A DNA stretch of 64,000 nt from an uncultured Verrucomicrobiae bacterium. GTDB taxonomy: Bacteria; Verrucomicrobiota; Verrucomicrobiia; Chthoniobacterales; Terrimicrobiaceae. Position numbers and translations under genes: made by a program. How positions within the stretch are numbered: the first letter of the stretch is position 1; each line of letters begins with the position of its first letter. The stretch is from contig CAVPOC010000010.1 in the NCBI GenBank assembly GCA_963706955.1, positions 192,001 to 256,000 of the forward strand, written 5' to 3'. Positions 1 to 11,706 of the stretch are shown here, piece by piece. The notes under the pieces were generated by a model, which was given only the letters and a program-made list of their open reading frames with translations, did not search any database and had not been told where the DNA came from.

Positions 1-236
1 TAAGTGAACGCCGGAAGCTCATCGCCGCCAACCAATCTGAGTTCAGATCAATTAGGGCGCTGACCCGTTTCACGCCGGTAGCCGCATAGTCACCCTGAGA
101 GACGGCAACAAACGACTCTCCCTCGGGAATCTTCCTATGCTGCCGCGAGCGCAGGGCAGCGTCTCTCCGGCAACTTCGGGCATCCAAGCCCCAGGCGCCA
201 TTCGATGGCCTGGTAAGCTTGGTAAAAGACTAGTGT

Positions 237-500
237 ATGCCGGATGTGGGACTTACTAGCGCAACTAAACCACTGCCTCAAGCTGCGAAGGTGGTTATCA
301 AGTATTCTGTGCAGGTAGAAGGTTTACCCGTTTGCCAGGAACCCTACGACCTGGACAAGTTGGCTGCTGAGCTCTCGGTCGACGGCTCGAAATTTAAGGA
401 ACTGTGGTTGAAGCGCGGAGAATGCGTCGTGCGGGCGCGTGACCAGCATGCCTTCTCAGCGTCATTGACCGGTTGCCTGGCGGACGCGCTGAAGCAATGA
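237..500 (+). CDS. Hypothetical protein (87 aa)
   Basis: ATG-started ORF whose TGA overlaps the next gene's ATG (ATGA at 497-500); no recognisable family. Confidence 0.55.
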   Translation: MPDVGLTSATKPLPQAAKVVIKYSVQVEGLPVCQEPYDLDKLAAELSVDGSKFKELWLKRGECVVRARDQHAFSASLTGCLADALKQ

Positions 501-1267
501 CGAATTCCAATTCACGCCACGACTCGAGTTCCCAGTCAAAACCAGTCGCGTCAAAAAACGATCCAGCCTCGCGAAGTCCGCAGCGGAATTCGGGTAATAA
601 GTCGTTACCGGCGCTCGGCAGATTCTGGCGCGACAACGGACTCTCCCTGGTTCTGGTTAGCCTTTTCCTCCTCTTTCTGGGCGGCCAGACGGTTTCGGGA
701 TGGTTCAACTACAACGAAGAGCTCCACGAACATCATCAGCCGCGAATCGGGCTTTCGGAATACTTGCGGAGTGGGGCGTTCGGCGAGGCAGTCTTCGAGA
801 ATTGGGAAAGCGAGTTTCTGCAAATGGGTCTCTACGTTCTGCTCACATCCTTTCTCTTTCAACGCGGGTCCGCCGAATCCAACGATCCAGACGGAAGCGA
901 CGAACCGGAGAGCGCTTCGTGTGATCCCGCACACGCGCCGCTCGCCGCGAGAAAAGGAGGCTTAGTCTCGAAAATCTATAGCCACTCGTTATCCATCGCG
1001 TTCGCGGCTCTTTTCGCGCTGTCGTTCGCTGGGCACGCACTCTGGGGAGCGAGAGCACACAACGTGGAATCCGCTCAACATGGCGAGAGCGCGCTTTCCG
1101 TATGGCAATACTTGGAGACTTCCCAGTTCTGGTTTGAATCCTTTCAGAATTGGCAAAGTGAGTTTTTGGCGATCTTTGCCATAGTCGTCCTCTCGATCTG
1201 GCTGCGAGAAAAAGGCTCTCCAGAGTCGAAGCCAGTCGCAGATCCCCACTCAAAAACTGGGGCGTGA
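497..1267 (+). CDS. DUF6766-family membrane protein
   Basis: RDNGLSLV, FENWESEFLQ, FWFESFQNWQSEFL and GSPESKPV..PH..TG motifs; start placed at the ATGA overlap. Confidence 0.85.
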   Translation: MTNSNSRHDSSSQSKPVASKNDPASRSPQRNSGNKSLPALGRFWRDNGLSLVLVSLFLLFLGGQTVSGWFNYNEELHEHHQPRIGLSEYLRSGAFGEAVFENWESEFLQMGLYVLLTSFLFQRGSAESNDPDGSDEPESASCDPAHAPLAARKGGLVSKIYSHSLSIAFAALFALSFAGHALWGARAHNVESAQHGESALSVWQYLETSQFWFESFQNWQSEFLAIFAIVVLSIWLREKGSPESKPVADPHSKTGA

Positions 1268-1353
1268 GCTCCATTTCCCCCGGCGGGGGCTAAAGCAGAT
1301 CCACGGAAAAGCTCCCGATCGGCGGCGCCGTGGTGATGCTTAGTTTATCGAGA

Positions 1354-1563
1354 CTATCGAAGTTTATTCAAGAGGATCTCCACCTCTTTATTAGCCGCCT
1401 TTAATAGATTGACGAGCCGATCAGCCTCAATGGCTTCATACGCGTGGCGATCCTCTAATCCTCGGGTGAGTGCTCGGGCCGCCAAGAGGATTCCGGTGAG
1501 TTGCTGCGCTAACCCGTCCCGCACGAAACATAAAATCTCGTTCTTTGAATGTTGGTCAGAAAT
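1354..1563 (-). CDS. Stand-alone HisKA_3-like (DHp) mini-protein with the His replaced by Arg, or a kinase remnant
   Basis: Manual translation (I)SDQHSKNEILCFVRDGLAQQLTGILLAARALTRGLEDRHAYEAIEADRLVNLLKAANKEVEILLNKLR*; resembles LHDGLGQQLTGI; start is GTG 1524 or ATT 1563 after GGAGGT. Confidence 0.5.
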   Translation of the reverse strand: MSDQHSKNEILCFVRDGLAQQLTGILLAARALTRGLEDRHAYEAIEADRLVNLLKAANKEVEILLNKLR

Positions 1564-1712
1564 AATCGCACCTCCGCCTTTCGCTCCTCATATTATCCGC
1601 AAACACTGAGCTCGCCTAGTCGGGATTTTCCTGATTGGCCCCTCGGAACAAGCAACCCCTCAGCATGGTGTAAAGGCATCCCTTTCGAGGTCGTGGACCG
1701 AATACTAAGAGC

Positions 1713-2816
1713 ATGCAGCAATCGCCTGTTCGAATTGGATTCGCTGGTTACGGCAACTTTGGAAAATTCCTCGCGGAATCATGGAGTTCCTTGGACAACG
1801 TCGAAGTGGTTGCGGCTTCCACGCGCCGCCATCCTGCGGAGGGCCTCCGAATCTACGACCATTGGGAGAAGCTGCTTTTAGACAACGAGGTCGATCTCGT
1901 CGCGATTACGACGCCGCCCAATCTTCATGCCGCCATCGCGGGAGCAGCGATGGAAGCGGGTAAACACGTCCTCATTGAGAAGCCGGTCGCCACCGCCCTG
2001 TCTGATGCCGAGCGACTCTTGGAAATCAGAGATCGCACCAAGCGGGTGGCCGCCGTCGATTTCATGATGCGTTTTACCCCGCTCGCGGAAATTCTCGCAC
2101 GATGGACTATCAACAAACCCTTCGGCGACCTGCGGCATGCTGTCGTTGAAAACCATGCTCAGGACGAATCTTTGCCGCCGGATCACTGGTTTTGGGATTC
2201 CGCGAAAAGTGGGGGCATCCTGGTCGAACATGCCGGGCATTTCTTCGATCTGATGGCATCTTTCACGGACGCTCTTCCGATCCGCGTCGACGGCTGGTCG
2301 CACCGTCGGAGTAATGGTCTCGAAGATACGATGTTTGCGCTGGTTTGTTACGACAACGGTCTTGCAGCAACGCACTATCACGCCTTCACGCGTCCGGCTT
2401 TCTTCGAACGGACGACCATCCGCCTATGGTATGATTTGGCGGAGGTTGAACTGGCGGGCTGGTTGCCGATCTCAGGCAAGATTCTTGCCCTGACGAACGC
2501 GGCCACAGAACCCGCAGTGCTCGCTCTCCCGAACTTCGCAGAGATCCAGCGTTTAGCCATAGCGGATGGCGACCGCCCGCTGGCGCAGCAGATAGCGGTC
2601 GGTGGCAACTCTTTTCCCGTAATGGAACAAGTGGAGGGCACCTTCGATGTAAGAGATACCAAGCACGAAGTATATGCTAATGCGACGCGGGCACTTCTCA
2701 GTGACGTCGTCCGAGCCATGGCAGACCCCGATCATAAATTACGGGTGCCCTTAGAGTGCGGCGTCGAGGCCCTGCGAATAAGCATCGAGGCAACAAAGCG
2801 TAGCTCGGTCTCCTAA
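1713..2816 (+). CDS. Gfo/Idh/MocA-family oxidoreductase
   Basis: GFAGYGNFG Rossmann motif, HVLIEKP, GGILVEHAGHFFD. Confidence 0.9.
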   Translation: MQQSPVRIGFAGYGNFGKFLAESWSSLDNVEVVAASTRRHPAEGLRIYDHWEKLLLDNEVDLVAITTPPNLHAAIAGAAMEAGKHVLIEKPVATALSDAERLLEIRDRTKRVAAVDFMMRFTPLAEILARWTINKPFGDLRHAVVENHAQDESLPPDHWFWDSAKSGGILVEHAGHFFDLMASFTDALPIRVDGWSHRRSNGLEDTMFALVCYDNGLAATHYHAFTRPAFFERTTIRLWYDLAEVELAGWLPISGKILALTNAATEPAVLALPNFAEIQRLAIADGDRPLAQQIAVGGNSFPVMEQVEGTFDVRDTKHEVYANATRALLSDVVRAMADPDHKLRVPLECGVEALRISIEATKRSSVS

Positions 2817-3182
2817 GGCGCCCCTCGAGGGTTGCAAGAAAAGTGCGGTCGGCGCAGACAGGATCGTCACCGTCGCACCGCGGAGCAATGAGTGGCGCAA
2901 AACTGTCTCCAGTGTCTCTGCGAAATCATTCTTGCAAAGAATTCGCCGCTTGCTGGTTGTGGCTGCAGCCGCGGGGGCCGCTCAGCCCGTGCGCCGATCG
3001 AGGCGCGTTGAGGAGCACGGTCGACAACCTCGCTAATCAAGCGCGAGCGGGCAGCTTCACTTCGTGACGAACGCAGTCAGCGCCGGGAAGACCTTGACCG
3101 GATAGGCTCCTCAGGGCAGAACCTTAGGAGTTCAAGCTGGCCAGCAGGCCGGCCCGAGCACACCTTTCCCGGAGCATTATTC

Positions 3183-6100
3183 ATGGGCAAACTGCCAAGA
3201 CCATCTGATGCAACGCCACCCGCGGACGCTGGAAGGCAAACGCCAAAGCGAAACGTTGTCACTGACGAGAGAGGTGATGAAGGGTCCTTTGCCTTGGAGC
3301 TTCAGCAGGCGATGGTGGCATTTCGAAAGGGAGATTTTTCAGTGCGGCTGCCTACGGGCTGGAGCGGCGTTCAAGGCAGAGTTGCCGATCTGTTCAACGA
3401 GATCGTGGAGATGAGTGAACGCCGGTCGCAACAAGCAGCGGAGGTTGCCCGAATTGTTGGAAAGGAAGGCCGATTACGACAACGGATGGCCACCGGAGGA
3501 TTCATTGGAGGTTGGGCCGAAGAAGTCGAGGCCCTCAATACACTCATGGACGACCTGGCGCGACCGACGACGGAGATCACGCGCACGATCGGGGCAGTCG
3601 CTAAAGGGGACTTGGGCTTGACCATGGCCTTGGAAGTTGATGGGCGACCGTTGCAAGGCGAATTCCTTCACTCTGCCAAGTTGGTCAACCGAATGATCGA
3701 ACAGCTTGCCGTGTTCACCTCGGAGGTAACCCGCGTGGCCCGCGAAGTGGGAACCGAGGGAAAGCTCGGTGGCCAGGCGCTGGTGAAAGGCGTCTCCGGC
3801 GTTTGGAAGGACCTCACCGAAAGTGTCAACCGGATGGCCGGCAACCTAACCGCCCAGGTCCGAAATATTGCCGACGTGACCACCGCCGTCGCGCGTGGGG
3901 ATCTCTCCCGCAAAATCACCGTCGACGTGAAGGGGGAGATCCTCGAGTTGAAGGAAACCATTAATACAATGGTCGATCAACTTAACGCCTTCGCGGCCGA
4001 AGTCACCCGCGTGGCCCGCGAAGTAGGCACTGAGGGAAAACTCGGTGGCCAGGCAGAGGTCCGCGGAGTCGCGGGAACCTGGAAGGATCTGACCGACAAT
4101 GTCAATTCCATGGCGAACAACCTGACTACTCAGGTGCGCAATATCGCCGACGTAACCACTGCGGTCGCACGTGGGGACCTCTCCCGCAAGATCACCGTCG
4201 ATGTGAAGGGAGAGATCCTGGAACTGAAGGAGACCATCAATACGATGGTTGATCAGCTTAATGCCTTCGCTTCCGAAGTGACTCGCGTCGCGCGCGAAGT
4301 GGGCACCGAAGGCAAGCTCGCGGGGCAGGCCATCGTGCCGGGCGTCGGAGGCACTTGGAAAGACCTCACCGACAACGTCAACTCGATGGCCTCGAACCTG
4401 ACCGCGCAGGTGCGAAATATTGCCGATGTCGCCACCGCCGTCGCCAATGGCGATCTCTCAAGGAAGATCACGGTCGATGCGAAGGGAGAAATCCTGGAAC
4501 TCAAGAACACGATCAACACGATGGTGGATCAACTCAACGGTTTCGCCTCCGAGGTCACTCGCGTCGCGCGGGAAGTCGGCTCCGAGGGCAAACTAGGCGG
4601 TCAAGCTCAGGTCCGCGGAGGGGCCGGCACTTGGAAGGATCTCACCGATAACGTGAATTCCATGGCCTCGAATTTGACCGCTCAGGTCCGAAATATTGCC
4701 GATGTCGCCACCGCCATCGCGCGCGGGGACCTCTCTAGAAAGATAACCGTAGATGTGAAGGGGGAAATTCTTCAGCTCAAGAAGACCATGAACACCATGG
4801 TCGATCAGTTGAATGCCTTCGCCTCGGAAGTGAGCCGGGTCGCTCGCGAGGTAGGCACCGAGGGGAAGTTAGGCGGTCAAGCCCAGGTTCCAGATGTCGC
4901 CGGCACTTGGAAAGACCTCACCGACAACGTGAACTCGATGGCCAACAATCTGACCAGTCAGGTGCGCAATATCGCTCAAGTTACTACTGCGGTCGCACGC
5001 GGCGATTTATCGCGAAAGATCACCGTCGACGTCAAGGGCGAGATCCTCGAGCTCAAAGATACCATCAATACGATGGTGGATCAGCTTAATGCCTTCGCTT
5101 CAGAGGTGAGCCGCGTGGCGCGAGAGGTCGGCACCGAAGGCAAGTTGGGAGGTCAAGCTGAAGTCTCGGGCGTCGCAGGCACCTGGAAGGACTTGACCGA
5201 CAATGTGAATTCCATGGCCGGCAATCTCACCGCTCAGGTCCGCAACATCGCGGAGGTGACCATCGCGGTGGCCAATGGCGATCTCTCGAAGAAAATAACT
5301 GTGGATGTGCGCGGTGAAATCCTGGAGCTGAAGGAGACGATTAACACCATGGTCGATCAGCTGAATGCCTTCGCTGCCGAGGTAACCCGTGTCGCTCGGG
5401 AAGTTGGCACCGAAGGAAAGCTCGGCGGACAAGCCCAGGTTCCCGGCGTGGCAGGAACATGGAAGGGCTTAACGGACAATGTGAATTCGATGGCTTCGAA
5501 CCTGACCGCGCAGGTTCGCAACATTGCCGACGTCGCCACCGCAATCGCCCGCGGCGATCTTTCACGAAAGATTACCGTCGATGTAAAAGGGGAGATCCTG
5601 GAGCTCAAAAACACGATCAACACCATGGTCGATCAACTCAACGGCTTTGCCTCGGAAGTCAGCCGCGTGGCGCGCGAAGTCGGCACCGAGGGCAAGCTCG
5701 GCGGACAGGCCCAGGTTTCCGGCGTCGCCGGGACGTGGAAAGATCTCACCGATAATGTGAATTCGATGGCCTCAAATCTAACCGGCCAGGTTCGCAACAT
5801 CGCTGAGGTGACCATTGCCGTCGCCAACGGCGATCTCTCCCGCAAGATAGCCGTCGATGTCCGCGGGGAGATTCTCCAACTCAAGGAAACGATCAACACC
5901 ATGGTCGAGCAGCTGCGTTCTTTCGCTTCCGAAGTCACCCGCGTGGCGCGCGAAGTCGGCACCGAAGGACGCCTCGGTGTGCAGGCCGTCGTGCCCGGCG
6001 TCGCCGGCACCTGGAAAGACCTGACCGACTCCGTCAACGCGATGGGAACCAACCTGACGGCACAGGTGCGAAATATCGCTGAAGTCACCACCGCAGTCGC

Positions 6101-9100
6101 ACGCGGCGATTTGTCGCGAAAAATCACCGTCGATGTGAAGGGGGAGATCCTGCAACTTAAGAACACCATCAATACCATGGTCGATCAGTTGAATGCCTTC
6201 GCCGCAGAGGTCACCCGCGTCGCCCGCGAAGTAGGCACCGAGGGCAAGCTTGGTGGCCAGGCGCAGGTTCCGGGTGTCGCTGGGACCTGGAAGGACCTTA
6301 CCGATTCCGTCAATGTCATGGCGGCAAATCTCACCGACCAAGTTCGGGGCATCGTCAAGGTGGTCACCGCGGTGGCCAATGGCAATCTGCGCCAGAAGCT
6401 TACCGTCCAGGCCAAGGGAGAGGTCGCCGCGCTTGCCGAGACCATCAATAGCATGACCGACACTCTCGCGACCTTCGCAGATCAGGTAACGAACGTGGCA
6501 CGCGAGGTGGGCGTCGAAGGGCGCCTCGGGGGCCAAGCGAACGTTCCCGGCACGGCGGGGACCTGGGAAGACCTAACGGCCAACGTTAATCTCCTCGCTG
6601 CCAATTTGACTACTCAAGTCCGCGCAATTGCCGAGGTCGCCACTGCCGTCACTAAGGGTGATCTCACTCGTTCGATCCAAGTCGAAGCATGCGGTGAAGT
6701 GGCGGAGTTGAAAGACAATATCAACACCATGATCGGCAATCTTCGCGTGACGACCGAGCGCAACGAAGAACAGGACTGGCTCAAAACCAATCTCGCGAAA
6801 TTCACCCGAATGCTGCAGGGGCAACGCGATCTCGTTACCGTCGGTGAAATGCTTCTCTCGGAGCTCGCTCCGCTGGTCAATGCGGAGCGCGGCACGATCT
6901 ATCAAATGATTTCGCCGGAGGGCGAACGCCCCTCCCTCCGTCGGCTGGCGAGTTATGCCGACAGTTTCGAATTGCCCGAGTCCATCGCGCTCGGCAAAGG
7001 CCTCGTCGGTCAATGTGCCAAAGAAAACCAGCGCATTTTGCTTTCCGATGTTCCGTCCGGCTACATGCCGATTCACTCATCGTTGGGTGCCTCCAACCCT
7101 GCCGCCATCGTCGTTTTGCCCGTCCTCTTTGAAGGTCAAACCAAGGCGGTTATCGAACTCGCATCGTTGCACAAATTTACTGAAGCCCATCTGAGCTTTC
7201 TCGAGCAGCTCACCCAGTCAATTGGCGTGGTTCTGAATACCATCGAAGCGACGATGCGCACTGAGGGATTACTCCAGCAGAGTCAGCAATTGACCGTGGA
7301 ACTCCGGGCGGGACAAAAGGAACTTCAACAAACGAATGAGGAACTCGAGCAAAAAGCCAGGCAACTGGCTGAACAGAATGCCGAGGTCGAACGGAAGAAC
7401 ATGGAAATCGAACAGGCGCGCAGCGCCTTGGAGGAAAAGGCTGCCGAGTTGGCACTCACCTCAAAATACAAGTCTGAGTTCCTCGCCAACATGTCCCATG
7501 AGCTGCGGACACCGCTAAACTCTATCCTCCTCCTTGGCCAGCAATTGGCAGAGAACTCCTCGGGGAACCTACATTCCAAGCAAATCGAATTCGCACGCAA
7601 TATTCATTCTGCAGGATCCGATTTGCTCAACCTCATCAATGATATCCTCGACCTGTCGAAGATCGAATCGGGCACGGTGACCGTCGAGGCTGAAGAAATC
7701 AGCTTCGCTTCACTAAGAGAGTCCGTCGAGCGCAGCTTCCGCCATATCGCCGAGAGCAAGAATCTGCCGTTCGTTGTCGAATTTGATCCTCGTTTGCCTG
7801 AATCCTTCACCAGCGACTTAAAGCGCCTTCAGCAAATCATCAAGAATCTGCTTTCGAATGCTTTTAAGTTCACTTCGCGGGGACAAGTTCGCATGGAGGT
7901 GCGCTTGGTCGAGAGCGGCTGGAGCCCTGATCATCCCAGCCTCAGCCGTGCCGACGCGGTCGTCGCTTTGACGATCATTGATACCGGTATCGGGATCGCT
8001 CGAGAAAAACAGCGACTCATTTTCGAAGCGTTTCAACAAGCCGATGCCGGCACCTCCCGTAAGTACGGCGGCACGGGTCTTGGGCTGGCCATCTCACGCG
8101 AGCTGGCCTCGCTCCTCGGTGGCGAAATTCGCCTCACGAGCAATCCGACACAGGGAAGCACCTTTACACTGTTTCTTCCGCTTCTATATACGGGCCCGGC
8201 GGCGGCTTCCACGGCTCCCGTGAGCGTTCCGCTCAGTCAGACCGCCTCATTGGCATTACCGATCATGCCCATCTCACGTGAGGAGCGAATCCCCGACGAT
8301 CGCAACGAGATTTTAAAAGAGGAACCGACAGCCCTCATAGTGGAGGACGACCCGCACTACGCGCGCATTTTGTTGGGCCTGGCGCGCGCGAGAGGTTTCA
8401 AGGGGCTGGTGGCCATGCGTGGGAACGAGGCCATCTCTCTGGCGCGCCAATACCTGCCCAGCTTGATCACCTTGGATATCTTCCTTCCGGATATGCTCGG
8501 GTGGACCGTGCTTCACACCCTGAAACTGGCGCCAGAAACTCGCCACATCCCAGTCCAGATCATCACGATGGAGGATGAGCCAAAACATGGCCTCTCCCAT
8601 GGCGCGTTTTCCTATTTGGTCAAGCCGGCGACTACCGGGGACCTGGAGAGTGCCTTCGATCGGATGAAAGCATTTGTCGCTCCCAGAACCAAACGACTCC
8701 TCGTGGTCGAGGATAATGACATCGAGCGGCAGAGCATTGTCGAGTTGCTGGCGTCGGACGACATCGAAATAACCACCGCAGCGACCGGCGGGGAAGCATA
8801 CTCTCTACTCCTCGATCGCGCCTTCGATTGCTGCGTGCTTGATCTTCGACTGCCCGATATGACCGGGTTCGAGCTGCTTGATAAGCTTCAGGTGGAACAA
8901 AGCGTGCTCGATATCCCGATCGTCGTGTTTACCGGTCAAGAGCTTACCGAAGATGATCAACACAGACTCCGCACGGCCGCCAAGAGCGTCGTTATCAAGA
9001 ACGTTCAGTCTCCCGAGCGGCTCTTCGATGAGACCGCGCTCTTCCTTCATCGCGTCATTGAGAATCTGCCGAAAGCCAAACAAGAAATGCTTAGTCGGCT

Positions 9101-9494
9101 GCACGAGTCCAATGAGGTCCTGCAAGGTCGGAAAGTATTGATTGTCGATGACGACGCCAGGAACATTTTTGCCCTGTCTACGGTTCTCGAAAATCAGGAC
9201 ATGACCATCCTGAGCGCAACCAACGGTCGCAAGGCCATTGAGTTAATCAAGAAGACGCCGGACCTTTCGATTATCCTCATGGATATCATGATGCCGGAGA
9301 TGGACGGCTACGAAACTATGCGCGAGATCCGCAAGCTTCCTGAACTCCAGGATTTACCCATCCTTGCTCTGACCGCGAAGGCTATGAAGGGCGATCGTGA
9401 GAAGTGTTTAGAGGCCGGGGCGAGCGACTATATCGCCAAGCCGGTTGATAGCGTTCAACTCTTATCCCTGATGCGGGTCTGGCTCCATCGTTAG
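3183..9494 (+). CDS. Poly-HAMP hybrid sensor histidine kinase (HAMP repeats-GAF-HisKA-HATPase-3 REC)
   Basis: 11 near-identical AREVG(T/S/V)EG(K/R)L units plus one divergent unit; H-box [36 protein letters not shown]; three receivers ([21 protein letters not shown]). Confidence 0.95.
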   Translation: MGKLPRPSDATPPADAGRQTPKRNVVTDERGDEGSFALELQQAMVAFRKGDFSVRLPTGWSGVQGRVADLFNEIVEMSERRSQQAAEVARIVGKEGRLRQRMATGGFIGGWAEEVEALNTLMDDLARPTTEITRTIGAVAKGDLGLTMALEVDGRPLQGEFLHSAKLVNRMIEQLAVFTSEVTRVAREVGTEGKLGGQALVKGVSGVWKDLTESVNRMAGNLTAQVRNIADVTTAVARGDLSRKITVDVKGEILELKETINTMVDQLNAFAAEVTRVAREVGTEGKLGGQAEVRGVAGTWKDLTDNVNSMANNLTTQVRNIADVTTAVARGDLSRKITVDVKGEILELKETINTMVDQLNAFASEVTRVAREVGTEGKLAGQAIVPGVGGTWKDLTDNVNSMASNLTAQVRNIADVATAVANGDLSRKITVDAKGEILELKNTINTMVDQLNGFASEVTRVAREVGSEGKLGGQAQVRGGAGTWKDLTDNVNSMASNLTAQVRNIADVATAIARGDLSRKITVDVKGEILQLKKTMNTMVDQLNAFASEVSRVAREVGTEGKLGGQAQVPDVAGTWKDLTDNVNSMANNLTSQVRNIAQVTTAVARGDLSRKITVDVKGEILELKDTINTMVDQLNAFASEVSRVAREVGTEGKLGGQAEVSGVAGTWKDLTDNVNSMAGNLTAQVRNIAEVTIAVANGDLSKKITVDVRGEILELKETINTMVDQLNAFAAEVTRVAREVGTEGKLGGQAQVPGVAGTWKGLTDNVNSMASNLTAQVRNIADVATAIARGDLSRKITVDVKGEILELKNTINTMVDQLNGFASEVSRVAREVGTEGKLGGQAQVSGVAGTWKDLTDNVNSMASNLTGQVRNIAEVTIAVANGDLSRKIAVDVRGEILQLKETINTMVEQLRSFASEVTRVAREVGTEGRLGVQAVVPGVAGTWKDLTDSVNAMGTNLTAQVRNIAEVTTAVARGDLSRKITVDVKGEILQLKNTINTMVDQLNAFAAEVTRVAREVGTEGKLGGQAQVPGVAGTWKDLTDSVNVMAANLTDQVRGIVKVVTAVANGNLRQKLTVQAKGEVAALAETINSMTDTLATFADQVTNVAREVGVEGRLGGQANVPGTAGTWEDLTANVNLLAANLTTQVRAIAEVATAVTKGDLTRSIQVEACGEVAELKDNINTMIGNLRVTTERNEEQDWLKTNLAKFTRMLQGQRDLVTVGEMLLSELAPLVNAERGTIYQMISPEGERPSLRRLASYADSFELPESIALGKGLVGQCAKENQRILLSDVPSGYMPIHSSLGASNPAAIVVLPVLFEGQTKAVIELASLHKFTEAHLSFLEQLTQSIGVVLNTIEATMRTEGLLQQSQQLTVELRAGQKELQQTNEELEQKARQLAEQNAEVERKNMEIEQARSALEEKAAELALTSKYKSEFLANMSHELRTPLNSILLLGQQLAENSSGNLHSKQIEFARNIHSAGSDLLNLINDILDLSKIESGTVTVEAEEISFASLRESVERSFRHIAESKNLPFVVEFDPRLPESFTSDLKRLQQIIKNLLSNAFKFTSRGQVRMEVRLVESGWSPDHPSLSRADAVVALTIIDTGIGIAREKQRLIFEAFQQADAGTSRKYGGTGLGLAISRELASLLGGEIRLTSNPTQGSTFTLFLPLLYTGPAAASTAPVSVPLSQTASLALPIMPISREERIPDDRNEILKEEPTALIVEDDPHYARILLGLARARGFKGLVAMRGNEAISLARQYLPSLITLDIFLPDMLGWTVLHTLKLAPETRHIPVQIITMEDEPKHGLSHGAFSYLVKPATTGDLESAFDRMKAFVAPRTKRLLVVEDNDIERQSIVELLASDDIEITTAATGGEAYSLLLDRAFDCCVLDLRLPDMTGFELLDKLQVEQSVLDIPIVVFTGQELTEDDQHRLRTAAKSVVIKNVQSPERLFDETALFLHRVIENLPKAKQEMLSRLHESNEVLQGRKVLIVDDDARNIFALSTVLENQDMTILSATNGRKAIELIKKTPDLSIILMDIMMPEMDGYETMREIRKLPELQDLPILALTAKAMKGDREKCLEAGASDYIAKPVDSVQLLSLMRVWLHR
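3700..6740 (+). repeat. Intragenic 276-nt (92-aa) tandem HAMP repeat array
   Basis: The REVG codons recur at 3741, 4017, 4293 ... 6501 (3741 + 10 x 276); synonymous positions differ between units. Confidence 0.95.
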
Positions 9495-9505
9495 CATACA
9501 TCCTC

Positions 9506-11266
9506 ATGGTCGGCATCGAAGACATACGGAGCGCATCGCGAGACGACCTCGAAGCGAGATCGCCGGAGGGGGGAGCAAATTCTTTTTCTACAGCACCCAC
9601 ACGCAACACTCTCACCCTCGAATCAATCACGCAGAAACCTGAGGCTGCCGATCCGATGTCTCCTCCGACCGTCCTCATTGTCGATGACGATCCAAGAAAT
9701 CTTTTTGCGCTCGAAAGCGTTCTCGAGGGGGGAAATTACGCAATTGCCAAGGCTCAAAGCGGCAGTGAGGCGCTCCTCGCCCTGATGAGTCAGGAGTTCG
9801 CGGCCATCGTCCTGGATGTTCAAATGCCGGAGCTTAGCGGCATCGAGCTTGCCCGGCTGATCAAACAGCGCCGACGCACACAGCATATCCCGATTATTTT
9901 TTTGACAGCGCACTACCTTGAGGAAGAGCACGCCGTGCTTGCCTATGACGTCGGAGCGGTCGACTACCTGACCAAGCCGATCAACCCTCTGGTCCTTCGG
10001 TCCAAGGTGAATGTCTTCGTCGATCTGTTCCGCAAGACACGCGCCTTGGCCATCTTGAATGCGAAACTAGAAGCGCAAAACGAGATCCTCGAGGGAGAAG
10101 CTGAGGAGCGAATGCGACGCATCCAGGCGGAGGCAGCCCAGGCCGAAGCCGAGGCGGCGAATGAGGCGAAGGACCGCTTCCTGGCTATGCTCTCCCATGA
10201 GCTCCGCACGCCATTGACCCCGATCCTCTACGCCGTCTCGCTTCTAGAAAGAGACCAGTCTTGTCCCGACCACATTCGTGACGCCTTGACAACAATCCGG
10301 CGCAACGTTGGCGTTGAGGTGAGGCTGATCGATGACCTGCTTGACCTGGCTCGAATTCGCAGCGGAAAGCTGACTCTGCAGATGGAGTCGGTGGATGTGC
10401 ACGATATTCTCCGGGACGCCATCGCCATCTGTATCGGAAACGTCGAGCGACGCGAGGCGCGCATTATTCAAGGATTCAGGGCGACTAATGTCCGGCTGGA
10501 CGCGGACCCGGCGCGCGTGCGTCAGATTTTTTGGAATCTGCTCAACAACGCCGTCAAGTTTACACCGCCTGAGGGGACAATTTACGTTCGCACACAGGAT
10601 TTAAAAGATGAGCTGCAGGTCGAAGTGATCGATACGGGACCTGGCATCGAGCCAGCCAAGTTGAAGAGTGTGTTCGATGCATTTGAACAGGTTTTACCTG
10701 AGTCCTCAGCTGGCCTCGGCTTGGGACTTGCCATCTGCAAGGCGCTTGTCGAGCTCCACGGAGGATCTATCAAGGCTCAGAGCCTTGGGCCGGATACGGG
10801 AGCATCATTTATTGTCAGACTTCCGGCTCGAGGTGGCGGCAACATGCAGCCAACGCCCGCCACCGCCGCGGCTCCTCGGCTCGGAACTATTCGGGTCCTT
10901 GTCGTGGATGATCACCAGGATACAAACGAAAGTCTTCGTCTTTTGCTTACCCGGGAAGGTCATGAAGTTTGCGTTGCCGGCAGCGTCGGGCAGGCTCTCG
11001 AGCTTGCGGAAACGTTCGAGTTTGATGTCCTGATTTCCGATATCGGTCTACCAGACGGTTCAGGAACTCATCTTCTGGAGAGTCTGAATCGCAAGAAGGG
11101 ACGACTCCTGCCGGCCATCGCTATGAGCGGTTTCGGCATGGAACAGGATCGCGAACGTAGTCTCACCGCAGGTTTCGCCGAACACCTCACCAAACCCGTC
11201 GAGTTCGCTGTCCTGCAGAGGGCGATCACGAAGCTGCTTGGCAAGGTCAACCCCCATCGGCAGTAA
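9506..11266 (+). CDS. Hybrid response regulator/sensor kinase (REC-HisKA-HATPase-REC)
   Basis: VLIVDDD..LDVQMP, H-box [34 protein letters not shown]-terminal SDIGLPD; alternative start ATG 9656. Confidence 0.92.
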   Translation: MVGIEDIRSASRDDLEARSPEGGANSFSTAPTRNTLTLESITQKPEAADPMSPPTVLIVDDDPRNLFALESVLEGGNYAIAKAQSGSEALLALMSQEFAAIVLDVQMPELSGIELARLIKQRRRTQHIPIIFLTAHYLEEEHAVLAYDVGAVDYLTKPINPLVLRSKVNVFVDLFRKTRALAILNAKLEAQNEILEGEAEERMRRIQAEAAQAEAEAANEAKDRFLAMLSHELRTPLTPILYAVSLLERDQSCPDHIRDALTTIRRNVGVEVRLIDDLLDLARIRSGKLTLQMESVDVHDILRDAIAICIGNVERREARIIQGFRATNVRLDADPARVRQIFWNLLNNAVKFTPPEGTIYVRTQDLKDELQVEVIDTGPGIEPAKLKSVFDAFEQVLPESSAGLGLGLAICKALVELHGGSIKAQSLGPDTGASFIVRLPARGGGNMQPTPATAAAPRLGTIRVLVVDDHQDTNESLRLLLTREGHEVCVAGSVGQALELAETFEFDVLISDIGLPDGSGTHLLESLNRKKGRLLPAIAMSGFGMEQDRERSLTAGFAEHLTKPVEFAVLQRAITKLLGKVNPHRQ

Positions 11267-11391
11267 AAGGCGCCTGCACTAACCACGGTCGAGACCTCTT
11301 CATAGCGACAATACCGTCGGGCCAAGGCCTCCGTTATAGTGACTTTGTCTCCATGAGGTGCTCCTCCGCCCGTCGAGACCTCGCTGCTTGG

Positions 11392-11455
11392 TTGTAGCGA
11401 CCGTGCCCTCACGGTCGAGGGTCTCTCGCCGGCGGCGGGGACGCCGCCGCTACAA
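11392..11455. repeat. GTAG-type REP doublet (REPIN-like), copy 1
   Basis: TTGTAG-CGACCGTG-ccct-CACGGTCG ... CGGCGGCG-ggga-CGCCGCCG-CTACAA. Confidence 0.8.
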
Positions 11456-11457
11456 AG

Positions 11458-11667
11458 GGGCTCCGCGCGTACGCCACGAAGGTGCGCGTGGTATCCGGCG
11501 ACTTAAAGCAGCCAGACCTGCCACAGCAGATTTTCGAAAACCTCAGGCGAGAAGGCATCCACGTAGACATCCTCGTCAACAATGCCGGTTTTAGCTTTCG
11601 TGGGAAGTGGTGGACAAGCGAGGGTCGCCCAAGACTTGCGTTCACGACAAGCCCGCAACGGCGGTAA
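11458..11667 (+). pseudogene. Internal fragment of a short-chain dehydrogenase
   Basis: LRAYATKVRVVSGDLKQPD...VDILVNNAGFSFRGK; lacks the N-terminal TGxxxGIG and the YxxxK motif. Confidence 0.7.
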
Positions 11668-11706
11668 GCGCGGCGGACCTAGGTTGCCGATTATCGCCAC
11701 CGGCGC

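Noticed and set aside
1640..1675. GGAAC-N17-GGTGTA as an ECF stress promoter shared across the cluster
   Set aside because: Weak -10 match, and I did not find it repeated upstream of the other stress genes
3700..6740. Long regular repeat array as a possible CRISPR or non-coding repeat
   Set aside because: The period is 276 nt, in frame, with no unique spacers; it encodes HAMP units
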